Below, piece by piece: positions 20,250 to 31,917 of a stretch of 64,000 nucleotides of DNA. The position numbers and the translations under genes are program-made. This DNA is from Barthelona sp. PCE (Eukaryota): NCBI GenBank assembly GCA_040285745.1, contig JAUFOR010000008.1:1240001-1304000 (forward strand), read 5' to 3'. Numbering within the stretch: the first letter of the stretch is position 1; each line of letters starts with the position of its first letter. A model generated the notes under the pieces. It was given only the letters and a program-made list of their open reading frames with translations. It had not been told where the DNA came from and did no database searches.

Positions 20250-20505
20250 TATCTTTTAAATAAAACACTTTCAAACAAGAATTATTTAGACTGATTTGCT
20301 ACTTTTAATTGAGTTAAAAACTAATAAAAACTTGGTTAAGCCAAAAAACTCAAGAAATGAATTTGAATTAGACGTGATAATTATTGTTACATCTTTATCA
20401 TCAATTTTTAAGGAATAATTTTTTGTTTGAGGGATTGTATTGTGTTTTGGGGAATTACTTGTGAATGTTTATTGAAAAAAAAAGCAAGCTAAACATAACT
20501 TCGGA

Positions 20506-22356
20506 TTAATAAAGACACAGGTTCTCTGCATAAACTCCAAAGTTGGTGAGAACGCTGCATGAGGCTTTTTGAAGCAGACTGCTAATAGGTAAAGTAAAAA
20601 CACTGTGCATGCACGATGTATATAGCTTATCAAATGAGATAACTTGCTTTTCAACACACAAAGCATCGAGAGCCAGTCGAGTGCGTGTGACACATCCATT
20701 TGAATGTGAAGATGTAACGTATTCAGAGGTTTCCCATTGAGTGTTAGGTAGCATACCTCTCCTAACGTATGTTTCCCCATCAAAAACAAACGCCACACCA
20801 TCCAGGAGCACGGCACCGGGCGCAGTGAAGAGGAATTCTGAGTATTCGTGGATGATTTCGGTAAATTTCAACTCAGTCAAACACTGAATCATAAATGTTT
20901 TAGATATACCGCCAATGGTTGCTTGAACAATAGCCTCCATGGGAGCATACGGGTTGGCTGTGATGGCGGTGACCTGTTCACATTCAAGTATGGCAGTGAC
21001 TGGCTGGCCGATAATCTCATCAACTGAGTAGACATCAAACCTATTGCCACAGACAACCCACACTGTGTCATCGCAAAGACTATATCCTGAAACTGGCTGC
21101 GTGGTAGGAAGCTCGGTGGAGTCAATGACGAACAAGTTCCTCTTGTTTAGTGGGCACACACAATGCCCCTCGTTAAAGACAATAAGTTTGGGATCAAGCA
21201 TAACGCTAGCGTCACGGGGGTCCAATCTGTGACGCAGCTCGTTGCCAAAATACACCTCAAAGATGTGTCCCTTCCGTACCAGGTACCCAACTTTGACTGA
21301 TCCCCTGTAGTCAGTTGGGACAATGTTGTATACGTCTCCACTGACACGCCAGCTGGGGTCGGGCCGCAGTATTGTGATGTGGGGCGTGTCTGTGTCGATG
21401 AATACGTACTTTGAGTTCTTTTCATCGTGGAAAAATGGAAGACAGTGATGATTCGATTTCTTCAAGACCATGTTCTCCTCAAACGTAAAGAGAGGGGACG
21501 CCTTCGACTCGGTGATGCCGCATCGCATGTACATGCCATTGCTGTAGCAGTATAGTGTGTTTGAGAGCAGAACGAAATCTGAAAAAGAAAACTTGTGAAT
21601 TCCGCTTTCTCTGATGAGAGAATCACGCTTGAAAGTAAGCCCTCCATCGTTGTCAACAAACACAATGTGCTCTCCGAAGCGTACTATACGTCTATGAGGA
21701 AGGGCATGAGGCAAATTGAACTCAATAGTATTGCATGACAGTGTTCCATCAGAAACTATGTATGTGACATATCTGTTATTGTCGATCGCAACAACAGCTT
21801 CCTCGCCCGGCGTCATGTCAAGGCAACAGTACGAAACACCCATTAACGGATGGTTTTGTTCGAAATATGGTATTGTTTGAGTCAACATAACTTTTTCACG
21901 AATTTCACAATCCTTAACCAGATACAAGTTGCCTCCCCAGAAAAAGTGGTCCATTTTGGAGCCTTCAAAACCAGCTACTGTGATATCCACCAGAAAATCA
22001 ACAACCTGGATTTCGTCATCCATAAAGATCATCATATTTTGGCTATTTAGGACACAGTAAGTGGTAGAAGGGGTGAAATCTCTCGAAACACAATGTGATG
22101 ACTGTTTTGTAAATACATTTCTTTCTAATTTGTATAAAAATATGGAAATTTCAGTTTCGTTTGTTTTCTCAATATGATAGTATGTCTCGGGGGACATATA
22201 GCACCTCTTCACTCTGTGGGGTCCGCATACAATGCTACCTTCGTTTTCTAGCATAAATACATAATTTCCATCCGTGGGCTGCTCTTTATGGATCGCTGTG
22301 TATGTTTCATCGTGCGAATATGAGTGCTGCTTCCCACTAAGCCATGTTCTGAACAT
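20506..22356 (-). CDS. Orphan beta-strand-like protein (616 aa)
   Basis: Long ATG-initiated ORF; no known motif recognised. Confidence 0.85.
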   Translation of the reverse strand: MFRTWLSGKQHSYSHDETYTAIHKEQPTDGNYVFMLENEGSIVCGPHRVKRCYMSPETYYHIEKTNETEISIFLYKLERNVFTKQSSHCVSRDFTPSTTYCVLNSQNMMIFMDDEIQVVDFLVDITVAGFEGSKMDHFFWGGNLYLVKDCEIREKVMLTQTIPYFEQNHPLMGVSYCCLDMTPGEEAVVAIDNNRYVTYIVSDGTLSCNTIEFNLPHALPHRRIVRFGEHIVFVDNDGGLTFKRDSLIRESGIHKFSFSDFVLLSNTLYCYSNGMYMRCGITESKASPLFTFEENMVLKKSNHHCLPFFHDEKNSKYVFIDTDTPHITILRPDPSWRVSGDVYNIVPTDYRGSVKVGYLVRKGHIFEVYFGNELRHRLDPRDASVMLDPKLIVFNEGHCVCPLNKRNLFVIDSTELPTTQPVSGYSLCDDTVWVVCGNRFDVYSVDEIIGQPVTAILECEQVTAITANPYAPMEAIVQATIGGISKTFMIQCLTELKFTEIIHEYSEFLFTAPGAVLLDGVAFVFDGETYVRRGMLPNTQWETSEYVTSSHSNGCVTRTRLALDALCVEKQVISFDKLYTSCMHSVFTLPISSLLQKASCSVLTNFGVYAENLCLY

Positions 22357-22626
22357 CTAATATTTGCGAGAATGGATGTAAAGAAAAACAGCTTTTCAAA
22401 TTTTTTGTGAGCGATCAGATGGCCATTTACTCAACAATGTGCAAGCGAAGGAATAACACGTGAGGTATACCTGTATATGGTTAACTTGCGGAATCTTCAT
22501 TTTCCTAATTGTGTTTGCAATTTCCCACAGTTTAGTGGATCATTATCCTATCACAGGTTGTTTACAAAGACTAAATTCTGATTAAGAATCGTTTTGTATT
22601 AATTCTTCTTTTTAAAGCTTGAAGAT

Positions 22627-23844
22627 ATGATCACCACGGTGAATTACATCTTAAACACTGACACATTCCAGTTTGAGGAGCAGGAGATCTGGACCGACGA
22701 CAATGGGTTCTTTTTCACCGATGAAAATGCAGCTAGTGAGATTCCACAGGAATACGTTCTCCCTAAGGATGTTACAGGGGATGCTATGCTTTCTGAGTTT
22801 GAAGACAACCTTAAAAAGTTGAGGCTTGATAATATTCCGCTGAATTCAAGAACCGTTGATCTTGCACTTCCAGTGCGTCAGTTCAAGCGTACAGCATCGG
22901 CTCTAACCAGGCTTCCCGTCGCATCTGAGCCCGAGGAAGATCCTGATGTAGTCCAGGAGTTGCCGGTTAAAGATGAGTCACCCGTCATAAGAGAGTTTCA
23001 CAATCTTGACGAAGACGAGATGGAAGAGCGGTGGAACGATTGGGTTCCTGCACCAGGTGATCCAGTATGGATATATTGGTGTGATAGTTTCGCTCAGTTC
23101 TATCCGGGTACAGTTAAAGAAGTCCAGGATGACCCGGTGGATACACTCCATGTGTCGTATGATGACTGGGGCACAGACTGGGACGAATGGATCTCTCTTG
23201 ACCGCAGTTATGTGATGGGTGTGAAGCATGTTGATAAGCTTATCACAGATTTCAACGTCAGGAACCAGATGGAAGGGATTGGGACACAGAAGACTCGATC
23301 AGAGCCAGTCATTAGGAGGACAAGCCATAGATCAGTATCAAATGTGTTGAAAAAAAATTTTGCCTTCAGCCACTGCGTAGTTTCATTTTTTGCAAATGAC
23401 AGGAACGGGCCCATATGTATCAGTGCGTTTACGATCCGTGAGCTCATCAGTTTCCTTAAAGACAAGGAGGTTTCCAGCAAAAAGATCTCAAGTTTGTTAG
23501 AGTTGTTCGTAAACGAGTTTAAAGAGTTTATTGCTGATTGTATTGAGAGCTTCAAGACCGGGTATGCGGATTACATCGATGTACATGAAGAAAAGAAAGT
23601 AATGAGAGATGCTTATGCACTTGTAATGGAAAATTATGAATTCCTTCGATCGTTGGCAGTATCACGCTACGATGGTCTCCCAGCCGAATACATGCTCGTC
23701 ATTACTGCGCTATCCATGTCAGAGTCTAATGCATCAGATTTCAAGCGTTTTCATTCAATAGCACCTGTCTTTGAAGAATTTCTGTCACAGGAATCTTATC
23801 ATCCAGCTGCTTATACACTGTCTTTATTCTCGCTAGAACCTTGA
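22627..23844 (+). CDS. Tudor/chromo-barrel domain protein
   Basis: PGDPVWIYW…FYPGTVKEV…LHVSYDDWGTDWDEWI. Confidence 0.7.
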   Translation: MITTVNYILNTDTFQFEEQEIWTDDNGFFFTDENAASEIPQEYVLPKDVTGDAMLSEFEDNLKKLRLDNIPLNSRTVDLALPVRQFKRTASALTRLPVASEPEEDPDVVQELPVKDESPVIREFHNLDEDEMEERWNDWVPAPGDPVWIYWCDSFAQFYPGTVKEVQDDPVDTLHVSYDDWGTDWDEWISLDRSYVMGVKHVDKLITDFNVRNQMEGIGTQKTRSEPVIRRTSHRSVSNVLKKNFAFSHCVVSFFANDRNGPICISAFTIRELISFLKDKEVSSKKISSLLELFVNEFKEFIADCIESFKTGYADYIDVHEEKKVMRDAYALVMENYEFLRSLAVSRYDGLPAEYMLVITALSMSESNASDFKRFHSIAPVFEEFLSQESYHPAAYTLSLFSLEP

Positions 23845-24915
23845 TTTGCTGCTGCGGCGTGAGTTAGGTTTTGAAGTAATGGTTGTCGAAACAGCTCCAC
23901 CATTGTTGTTTTCTGCCGTCATCTCAGCGATAACAACCTTTCTCTGCCAAGTCTCAACTTGCTTCTTCAGGGTTTGCAGGTCAGCATTGATCTGTATATA
24001 TTCATAAATGGAAGGACCCTCACCATGCTCTGATTGCAATTTTAGGGTAGCAGCCTCTGTCTCCAAGGAATCATTTTGTTGCATGATGCTATCAATATCG
24101 TCAGTAAGCTTAGAGATTAGCTGTTTCTTAGTGTTGATCTCTTTCTTTAACTTTGTATTGTCAACTAGTAGCACGCTAAGTTTATCCTTCAGAGTATTAA
24201 GTGCTTGAGTCATATTACCACTAATAAGTTTCAAACCGAGTAGCTCTGCGTTCTTCTGCTCAAGAGTGTCAGCGAACTGTCTTGTTTCGATACGTAACTC
24301 CTCAAAATCAATTTGTTGAAAGTTTTCTCCAAAGTTTTGCTTGTTATGCAGTTGAAACTTTGTTTTTTTGATATTCTTACGTAAATTGCTGATCTTTAAA
24401 CGCATTTTCTCGATCTTTGACTTCTTTCCCTTGAGTAAATTTTTGTAATAACGCTTCACTAATTCAATTTCACTATCTGAACCCAAAATCTTCTCCAGGT
24501 CTATTGTCTCTTTCTTAATCTCAGTGCATCGCTGCTTGCAGCTCTCGAGCATTGCAATAAGCCTGCTACGGAACTGTTCTCCTTGAACCTTGACACTTTC
24601 ACCGTCATCACGAAGATCATCGAGTTCCTTCTGAATTGTTTGGTATTTTTGATCCAGGTTGAGGAAGAAGCGGCCCTTCTTACGAATCTCGCTCTCATTA
24701 ACGGCTGCAACTTGAGCAGCATGTCTCTGAAGGTATGATTCAAATAGAGTATTTTCACGCTGCAAGAACTCATTGTTTCGCATGATAGCGTCGATCTTTT
24801 CCTCCACAATAGGTAAATCTTCATTATACGGAAGGTACAATTCAAAAACCGATTTTGAAGACTTTGCAGAGTATACTGATGGTGCAGATCTGTTTCCACC
24901 GCCAACTACAGACAT
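23833..24915 (-). CDS. CCDC113: Cilia/flagella-associated coiled-coil protein CCDC113/CFAP263-like (DUF4201)
   Basis: ENTLFESYLQR, LNLDQK, KIEKMRLK, GENFQQIDFEELRIE, KNAELLGLK. Confidence 0.8.
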   Translation of the reverse strand: MSVVGGGNRSAPSVYSAKSSKSVFELYLPYNEDLPIVEEKIDAIMRNNEFLQRENTLFESYLQRHAAQVAAVNESEIRKKGRFFLNLDQKYQTIQKELDDLRDDGESVKVQGEQFRSRLIAMLESCKQRCTEIKKETIDLEKILGSDSEIELVKRYYKNLLKGKKSKIEKMRLKISNLRKNIKKTKFQLHNKQNFGENFQQIDFEELRIETRQFADTLEQKNAELLGLKLISGNMTQALNTLKDKLSVLLVDNTKLKKEINTKKQLISKLTDDIDSIMQQNDSLETEAATLKLQSEHGEGPSIYEYIQINADLQTLKKQVETWQRKVVIAEMTAENNNGGAVSTTITSKPNSRRSSKSRF

Positions 24916-25032
24916 GGTACAATAAAAATTAGGCGAAAAAAACTTGAAAAAAGTAATAAATGCAGACACACTTATTTCTTCTGTTATACACTGATCTTTA
25001 TTGTGTTTCTTACTACAAATCTAACTCAGGGA

Positions 25033-26692
25033 CTACACGGCATCACGGGCACGAGGACCACGCATCCTAGGACCACCTGACTTACGAGCCATAATGATCT
25101 GATCAACACTGAGCACAGTGGTGGCTGCATCGACAGCGAACTTGAAAGCCCACTTCTTAGCGAGGAGGTGATCGAAGATACGCTTCTCCATAACGTCAAC
25201 AAGACCATGTTCTTCGATATCGATACCAACTGCGGTCTCACCACGGATGTGAGCAGCGAGTAAGGAAGAAAGGATCTCAACGCTGGACATACCGGAGTTC
25301 TCAGAGAGAATCCTAGGAATGACCTGAAGAGCTTTACCAAAACCAGAGATTGCGTATTGAGCAAGACCAGGGGTCTTCTCACCAATCTCGGTAAGGAGCT
25401 TGGACAATTCCATGTCGACTGCACCAGCACCGGGGAGGAAGCCGGGATCGCGGGTAATTGCCTTAACAACGTTGATACCATCATCAATAGCACGGGAATA
25501 ATCGTTCAAGATTTCCTCGGTAGAACCACGGATGACAATAGAAGCCATACCACTAGTACCGTCCTGCTCAAAGACAGTAACGTTACGGCCACCAATATCC
25601 TGAACACGAACGCTGGTACAGTAACCGCACTGAGCGTCGGTGGGGATGTTGAGATCAGACAAGATGTTAGCGCGGACGACCTTGGCGACACGGCGCATAT
25701 CCCACTTGGAGGGGCACTTGAGGACCATAATATCGAATGCCTCACAGAAGTGAAGGGCGAGATCGGAGACGGTACCGTTGGTGATGATGACGTTGATTCC
25801 AGCATCCTTCATTTGGAGGATAGTCTTGCGGATAAGCTGCTCCTCACCCTCTGAGAAGTCCATGTACTCCTGAGCGGTGTTGACAACGACAGCACCCTTG
25901 GTCTCACCACGGTCGAGCTGCAGGGAGCAACCGAACATAGCGATCTTGGCGTTGACGACGCTGTCAATGGTTCCCATAGGGAAACGGTTAAGAACGAAAC
26001 CATTTACGAGTCTTGAAGATGAAATGGTAGCACCAGTGAGCTTAACTACACGAACGTTATCGACGTTGAACTTACGGATGTCCTTGGGCATGACACGAAG
26101 ACAAGCATCAACGACAAAGGGGCAGAGAATACCCTCAAGACCAGATTGCTTTGAAGCAATAACGGGGTTGATAACCTCAATGAGCTGATCTCTGTTGGTG
26201 ATATCCTCAACAGTGTGACAGACAAGGGTAGGGAGAATCTTCTCGAGCTCAGCGTAAGCAATCTTATAACCACTGATAATCTCAGAAACGTGGAGTCCAG
26301 ACTTGATCAGCTTGCCGGCCTCTTGAAGAAGCTCACCAGCAAAGATCATAGCGAAGTTAGTGCCATCACCAATTTCTTGCTCTTGGTTCTTAGCAGCGTC
26401 GATCAATAAACGGGGTGCGGGGTGGTCTACCTCTAATTCTTGGACCATTGTGGCAGCATCTGAAGTGATAAACAGCTTACCAGCGTGATTAATAATCATT
26501 TTGTTGCAGCCTAAATGTTAATTCATTTCTACACTGAAATTTGCGTTTCGACATACCGTTGGGACCAAGAGAGGTCATGATAATTTGTACAAACTCCTTC
26601 ACGGCGGTAATATTTCTCATGATAGCTTCATCGATACCTTGCAGGCTTTGGGTACCTTCCTTAAGCAACTGTGGTTGACCTCTGATACTCAT
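25033..26692 (-). CDS. CCT8: Chaperonin CCT/TRiC subunit theta, two exons (26692-26557, 26510-25033)
   Basis: Spliced SLGPNGCNKMIINHAGKLFITSDAAT, EIGDGTN, FNVDNVRVVK, PSKWDMRR, VDQIIMARKSGGP. Confidence 0.95.
26511..26556 (-). other. Spliceosomal intron (46 nt) in CCT8
   Basis: GTATGT…ATTAACATTTAG; removal restores the LGPNGxNKM motif. Confidence 0.92.
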
Positions 26693-26893
26693 GACTACTT
26701 AAAAGTCTACGAAAAAAAGAACAAGGTGGGAAATAGTTATGCGCCCATCGAAAACTCCAATTTCAAGCGATATAACAAAATTTTACTTAGAAACAGCCGT
26801 ATATGGGGTGTTTCAATGGAGAAACACGTGTCCGTTGTGAATGCGGACATTATACGAAAAAACCTGCCTTTGATCTTTTCCACCTTTATTTAA

Positions 26894-27121
26894 ATGAATA
26901 CAAGCTATTCTGACATACAAAACCTGTTAAAGCAAGCAGTTCAGCAGCAAGACACGATACTCGAGCGATACAAACACACTCTCAAGATTCAATGTGCAAA
27001 TCAGCTCGGTCTCGATGTTCTGGCTCATGACATTGCCGCATCTCGTTCTAAAGACAACGAACACGAACATTCCTCAGCAATTAGCCACCTAAACAACCAT
27101 AAGAGCGACAAACGCGAATAA
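26894..27121 (+). CDS. Possible small helical protein (75 aa)
   Basis: ATG-initiated ORF filling an otherwise empty gap; 3' end overlaps RCE1 by 33 bp. Confidence 0.35.
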   Translation: MNTSYSDIQNLLKQAVQQQDTILERYKHTLKIQCANQLGLDVLAHDIAASRSKDNEHEHSSAISHLNNHKSDKRE

Positions 27122-27856
27122 TGCTGCAATAGACTTAAATATGAACTGCGGTCCCTCGATCGTAAGCATTAGTTCAAATGGGGGGAAGCCAAGGTAGTTG
27201 CAAAACGAGTGGCAGAGCATACATGCAAACACAGATCCAGATTTGACCCTCACAATAGAAACAAGACAGCCAAAAAGAGAACTGAATGCAACTTGTCCAA
27301 AGATCTCCGCACGAGGTTTACGTTTATCAGTTAAATGATGGAAGTGGAGCAGACCAAAAATAAAGCTGGAGACGATACAAGCCGTCATTGGGTTAAATGA
27401 TAGGGTCATGAGTGTGATTGGCATGATCTGACGAAACATCATTTCCTCTGCAAACGGGACAAATGTGATAACTACTATGTCGCTGATATCAGTAGGAACC
27501 TTTAAACGTTTGGATTTGATAAAAAAAAGTAAGGTAGGAAGGAATAATACAACAAACGCTAAGCATGTGGATAATGCGTGCCAAAAGTGGAATCCATACA
27601 GCCCCACTATGTATTTAAATCCATAATGAAGAGGAACAGTTACATCAAGGAGGTGTACAACAAATACTCCAATTGCACATGACAAGACTGTCGAGACTCC
27701 ACGCGCCACCATTTTGGACCCCGGGACCTTTGAATCTTTCCTCAAAAACGGAAGATGCAGTGGAACAATATAAATGAATGCCAGAAAGACAGTTAGCACA
27801 ATAACAAGTGGAATGCTCACATGTACACCATGATAATGGATGAAATGACCAGGCAT
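27089..27856 (-). CDS. RCE1: CAAX prenyl protease 2 (Rce1/CPBP family)
   Basis: PFAEEMMFR, FGLLHFHH, CHSFCNYLGFP in a hydrophobic protein. Confidence 0.88.
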   Translation of the reverse strand: MPGHFIHYHGVHVSIPLVIVLTVFLAFIYIVPLHLPFLRKDSKVPGSKMVARGVSTVLSCAIGVFVVHLLDVTVPLHYGFKYIVGLYGFHFWHALSTCLAFVVLFLPTLLFFIKSKRLKVPTDISDIVVITFVPFAEEMMFRQIMPITLMTLSFNPMTACIVSSFIFGLLHFHHLTDKRKPRAEIFGQVAFSSLFGCLVSIVRVKSGSVFACMLCHSFCNYLGFPPFELMLTIEGPQFIFKSIAALFAFVALMVV

Positions 27857-27915
27857 TATACTAAAAATTCAAGAGAGCCAGTATAAATTGGAAAAACAGC
27901 CTAATCTTATTATGT

Positions 27916-30900
27916 TTATTGTCTGCGCTTTCTGGAACGAGAAGGAGACTTGTTCTTCTTCTTATTCTTATTGAAGAAACGTTCATAACCACGCATTTTG
28001 TGAGAATTCCTCTTGTTGAGTGTGGAAACAGCCATAGGAATGTAAGCCATTGCTGTTTCACCTTTTCGTTCAACATCACCTCCAGCCTTCTTGCTTCTGT
28101 AACGGGCACCGCTCTCATAACCAGAAATCTTTGATGCTAAAACCTCTCGTGATCGAACTTTTTGGAATTTCTTGGGTGGGGCAGAGAAATTCTTCTTCTT
28201 ATGCTTGACAGCAACACCGTCGACGTCTTCCATATCTTCAATATTCTCCATTTCTTCCTTACTGATGCTTTCAGCAACACCCTTCTCCAAAATCATTTTG
28301 CCATCGATTTCATCAAAATCTTCATCATCGCTGAAATCGCTGATGTCCGTCTTAGTGACAGAGGCAAGAAGATCGCTGATGGAACCGTCCTCGTCAACAC
28401 GGTGGAATTTTTCTTCGCCATTGGCGCGCTCCTTCATCTCTTCACGTTTCTTCTTCCAAGCCTCCTTGCGCTCCTTTGCCTTGCGCTTACGCCTCCTCAG
28501 GTCCTTCAGTATGTTTTTGACCCACTGCGCTTCGGTACTGTTCGGTGCGATGGATCCGCGAGCGGTTTGTCCAGCATTTCGTGCAGGGAACAGCTCTGCG
28601 ACAATAGCAAGAGTTTCTTCCGTTCTGCGCTTTAGGAGACGCTCCATGATAACACGTACTTCCTCCTTTTTGGGATAGACAATACAGAAGAGGACAATGT
28701 CAGACAGATACTTCTTGTCTATGAGGTTAAAGAAGCGAGCCTTCATCAGCTCAAAGATGAGCTTCATGAGGGCCTGGTTCATAGTGAATGACAGCTCTGA
28801 AAAATCACTCTCCAAATTCGAAAAGATATACTCGAGCATCTTGTTGATGATATCACCATCCATCATCGACTGCATATCAGCCTCGGTCAAAACCAGTCGG
28901 TAAAAATGGAAGATGGTTGATAACGCCATGTGATCAGTGGAGTCTATAATGTAGTCCGTCGTTTGGCTGATGATGTCTGCCAGGGTGGCGTCTTCTTCCT
29001 CAAGTTTGGCCTGGATGTACAGGACAAGTACTTGGGCACCACGCTTCCTAACACGGGCTGTCTTGGATTTGAGGGCGACGAGACCGTGGTGACGGAGCAA
29101 CGTCTTCATATCCTCACTTGCCTCCGTTGAATAAACAGCAATGACAAGATCCAGGTAGTCTTTAAGGATAGCATTAGGCACTACATCCATTGCAAGGGCT
29201 CCATCTCCATCAAATGCATCTCTGATCGTGTCAAGAACACCTGTTCCGAACTGATGGACACACGTGGCCGTTAAAGTCAGCGCTTTTGATCGTAGCTTGT
29301 TGCTCTTCTCACTCAGCAAGGTGCTGCTGAACTCCAACAGCTCTGTAGCATCCGGAATATACGCAGCAAACACGACAAGCACATCGGTGTACATGACAAT
29401 GGTACGCTCACCTTCTGCCTCATCTATTTTTTCCTTAATCTTTCCGAAATAGGTGACAACGTCTTCTTCTGCGACAAAGGGTAGAATCGCTTCCATACCT
29501 TCGATACACAGGCGCTGATGCTTTGCGAGGGTCTTTTCCTTGCTGATCAGAGATAAAAGCGATCGAAGATAACGCGTGGCTACCTTTGATGCAACCTCGC
29601 GTACGTCATCGTTGGTCTTATCAATGCTCTCATAAATGATGATGAGGGAACGTATGACGTTGATACCAATGGGGGAGAATCCCATCATTTTACCGAATTT
29701 TGGTGCAACTTCAGGGAATGTACTTACGAAATCATCAGGGTTGTCACAAAACTTGGGCAACAGTCCCCAGATGGTCATAGTCATGAGCTCATAATACTGA
29801 GCGAGGGCGGCGCTATCAGTTTTTGATAAACGCAAACACTGTAGTGCGAGAGGGTAAAGAAAATCGAAAAAATCTGATAAATTGGGATTATCCACTCCCA
29901 TTTTTATGATATCAAAGATAAAAATCTTTGGGGAGTCATCTTGAACAAAATCAACGGGAAGTAATGTAAAAAATGTTTTAAAACCTACAGCACACATAAT
30001 ATTCTTGAAAAGGACTTGTAAATCTTTTGGCATTTCCTCTGAGAAGAAGTTTAGTCTAATATCCTCTAGGTTAGTGAGTATTTCATCATACTTTAAGGAT
30101 TCTACAGGGAAAACACTAAAACTAATGCCAAGAATTCCAAAAACAGTATCCCAAACCTTTTGGAAGCGCATTGTGAGCGTCCGCCTAAAGAATTCTTCAA
30201 TTTGAGATGTAATTTCTGCCTCAAGCTGGGGAAACTCATTGTTAAGTAAAAACCAACGCCATCTTTTGCAGACGACGCGATGACCCCATGAATCCAGGTG
30301 GTTGAGGCACTTTCCGACAAGGACAAGCATGTGTTGAACCTGTAAGAGGACGTAGTCAATGGAAATGATATCCAATTCTTCATCGATCTTCAAAAAGGCT
30401 ATGAAACTTTTCATAGCAAAACCACATGCGGAGAGGTAAGAAGCCAGTGATTTCTGGCTGCTGAGCGACTTCTGGGTGAGGTTTAATGCTTTATCGTAAG
30501 TCATATGTATAGCTTCGATGGAATATCCCTCCATATCCTCCTTAATGCCAAAATACTGGATTCCCTTGTTAAGGAGTGAGAAAAACTCGTCAAAGACCTC
30601 TGCTACGGTGTGAACAACTCTTGTTGAAGCGAGGGCGACATCATCAAGACAGAAATCGAGGAAGTTGAGAAGGTTCTTCGTGTTTGCAAGTGAGCTGTAC
30701 GATAAGAAGGGCATGACATCCTTCACAAGAAGGAGAACCTGCACGCAGATAGCGGGGGAGCGCTTCATCTCAGCGTCAAGATCGATAATGAATTTCGACA
30801 TGACGGCGTTCATTTTTTCGACGCCACGAAGATGCGCCCAGCAGAAACAAGCGATACGCTGGACGGTCTCACAGACAGCCTTCCTGATTCGCTCGTCAGG

Positions 30901-31401
30901 GTGAAGACAGTGGTCCATTACATTACGTAACACACTGTGGCACTCGCTGTCGGTCATTATATGCACGACACTCATCAAAAGGTACTGCAAGCACTCAAGA
31001 GCTAGCTGGATAGGCTTCGGACCGGTCTCTTCTAAATCGTATGCAAAGATTGCAGTCAGTAAACTCGACCAAACTCTAAATCTTTGCTCTAAAATGTTCT
31101 GTCCAATGAATGGTAGGAACTTGAGGAGGCAGTTGAGGATACCTGAAGCCTCAGAAGTTCCGACCTTTGGATCCTTGAGACCGCTGAAAAGTGATGCAAC
31201 GTATGCAACAGGAGAGTGCTCAAGCCCCTTTTCCTCGATGATCTTGTGTGAGATTTGGAATGCTTGCAACGTGCGAGCACCCAACTCGTCTCCCTTATGG
31301 TTTTCGATCTTAGAAACGATTACTTCTTCATCGTAGACGTCTTCGCCCCAAAAAACTATGTCACTCATTGCGACACCAAACTGTTTAGGCCCCTTTCCCA
31401 T
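27916..31401 (-). CDS. RRP12: RRP12-like HEAT-repeat ribosome biogenesis protein
   Basis: IWGLLPKFCDNPDD and C-terminal SGARYRSKKAGGDV…AYIPM; start placed at MGKGPK. Confidence 0.85.
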   Translation of the reverse strand: MGKGPKQFGVAMSDIVFWGEDVYDEEVIVSKIENHKGDELGARTLQAFQISHKIIEEKGLEHSPVAYVASLFSGLKDPKVGTSEASGILNCLLKFLPFIGQNILEQRFRVWSSLLTAIFAYDLEETGPKPIQLALECLQYLLMSVVHIMTDSECHSVLRNVMDHCLHPDERIRKAVCETVQRIACFCWAHLRGVEKMNAVMSKFIIDLDAEMKRSPAICVQVLLLVKDVMPFLSYSSLANTKNLLNFLDFCLDDVALASTRVVHTVAEVFDEFFSLLNKGIQYFGIKEDMEGYSIEAIHMTYDKALNLTQKSLSSQKSLASYLSACGFAMKSFIAFLKIDEELDIISIDYVLLQVQHMLVLVGKCLNHLDSWGHRVVCKRWRWFLLNNEFPQLEAEITSQIEEFFRRTLTMRFQKVWDTVFGILGISFSVFPVESLKYDEILTNLEDIRLNFFSEEMPKDLQVLFKNIMCAVGFKTFFTLLPVDFVQDDSPKIFIFDIIKMGVDNPNLSDFFDFLYPLALQCLRLSKTDSAALAQYYELMTMTIWGLLPKFCDNPDDFVSTFPEVAPKFGKMMGFSPIGINVIRSLIIIYESIDKTNDDVREVASKVATRYLRSLLSLISKEKTLAKHQRLCIEGMEAILPFVAEEDVVTYFGKIKEKIDEAEGERTIVMYTDVLVVFAAYIPDATELLEFSSTLLSEKSNKLRSKALTLTATCVHQFGTGVLDTIRDAFDGDGALAMDVVPNAILKDYLDLVIAVYSTEASEDMKTLLRHHGLVALKSKTARVRKRGAQVLVLYIQAKLEEEDATLADIISQTTDYIIDSTDHMALSTIFHFYRLVLTEADMQSMMDGDIINKMLEYIFSNLESDFSELSFTMNQALMKLIFELMKARFFNLIDKKYLSDIVLFCIVYPKKEEVRVIMERLLKRRTEETLAIVAELFPARNAGQTARGSIAPNSTEAQWVKNILKDLRRRKRKAKERKEAWKKKREEMKERANGEEKFHRVDEDGSISDLLASVTKTDISDFSDDEDFDEIDGKMILEKGVAESISKEEMENIEDMEDVDGVAVKHKKKNFSAPPKKFQKVRSREVLASKISGYESGARYRSKKAGGDVERKGETAMAYIPMAVSTLNKRNSHKMRGYERFFNKNKKKNKSPSRSRKRRQ

Positions 31402-31917
31402 GTTTTTAAAGCGATATTGATAAAGAACGAGAAAGTGAACATATTCACTTGTTGAGTATTTTGGTGACAGCGTGTGCATATTTCTATCCATATAGATCCC
31501 TTTAAGTGTGCATGATAGTTGGTTCAATGTTTAGAACCTGCATAGCATTTTTTTACATATTTATATGTGAGTATTTGGATTTTTTTCGTTCCACGAGGAA
31601 CTTTTTTTGTTTGTTACACATATTTTGGGTGGTATATTTTCTGTGGAGTACTCATATTTTGGGTTTTGGGATTTTATTTGTTTATGTATTTTATCGCTTT
31701 GTTGTGGCAGGGGCTCTGTTAATCGTAGATTTGTTGCCGTTGCAATGTGGTGGGGCATCAAAACTAATTGTAAATAACTGAATTTCCTTTTTCAGACCTT
31801 TTCCAAGTAGCCCAAGGCTGCTCTATTTTCTTTCCAACTTTAACACTTAGTTGGATATTCTGCACATTCACACATTTAACTTAAACCTTTAACACACTTT
31901 TATTTATTTTTTTCTCA

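Noticed and set aside
25026-26409. Long alternative-frame and antisense ORFs over CCT8 (also over purA and TCTP)
   Set aside because: Expected shadows of strong codon bias in highly expressed genes
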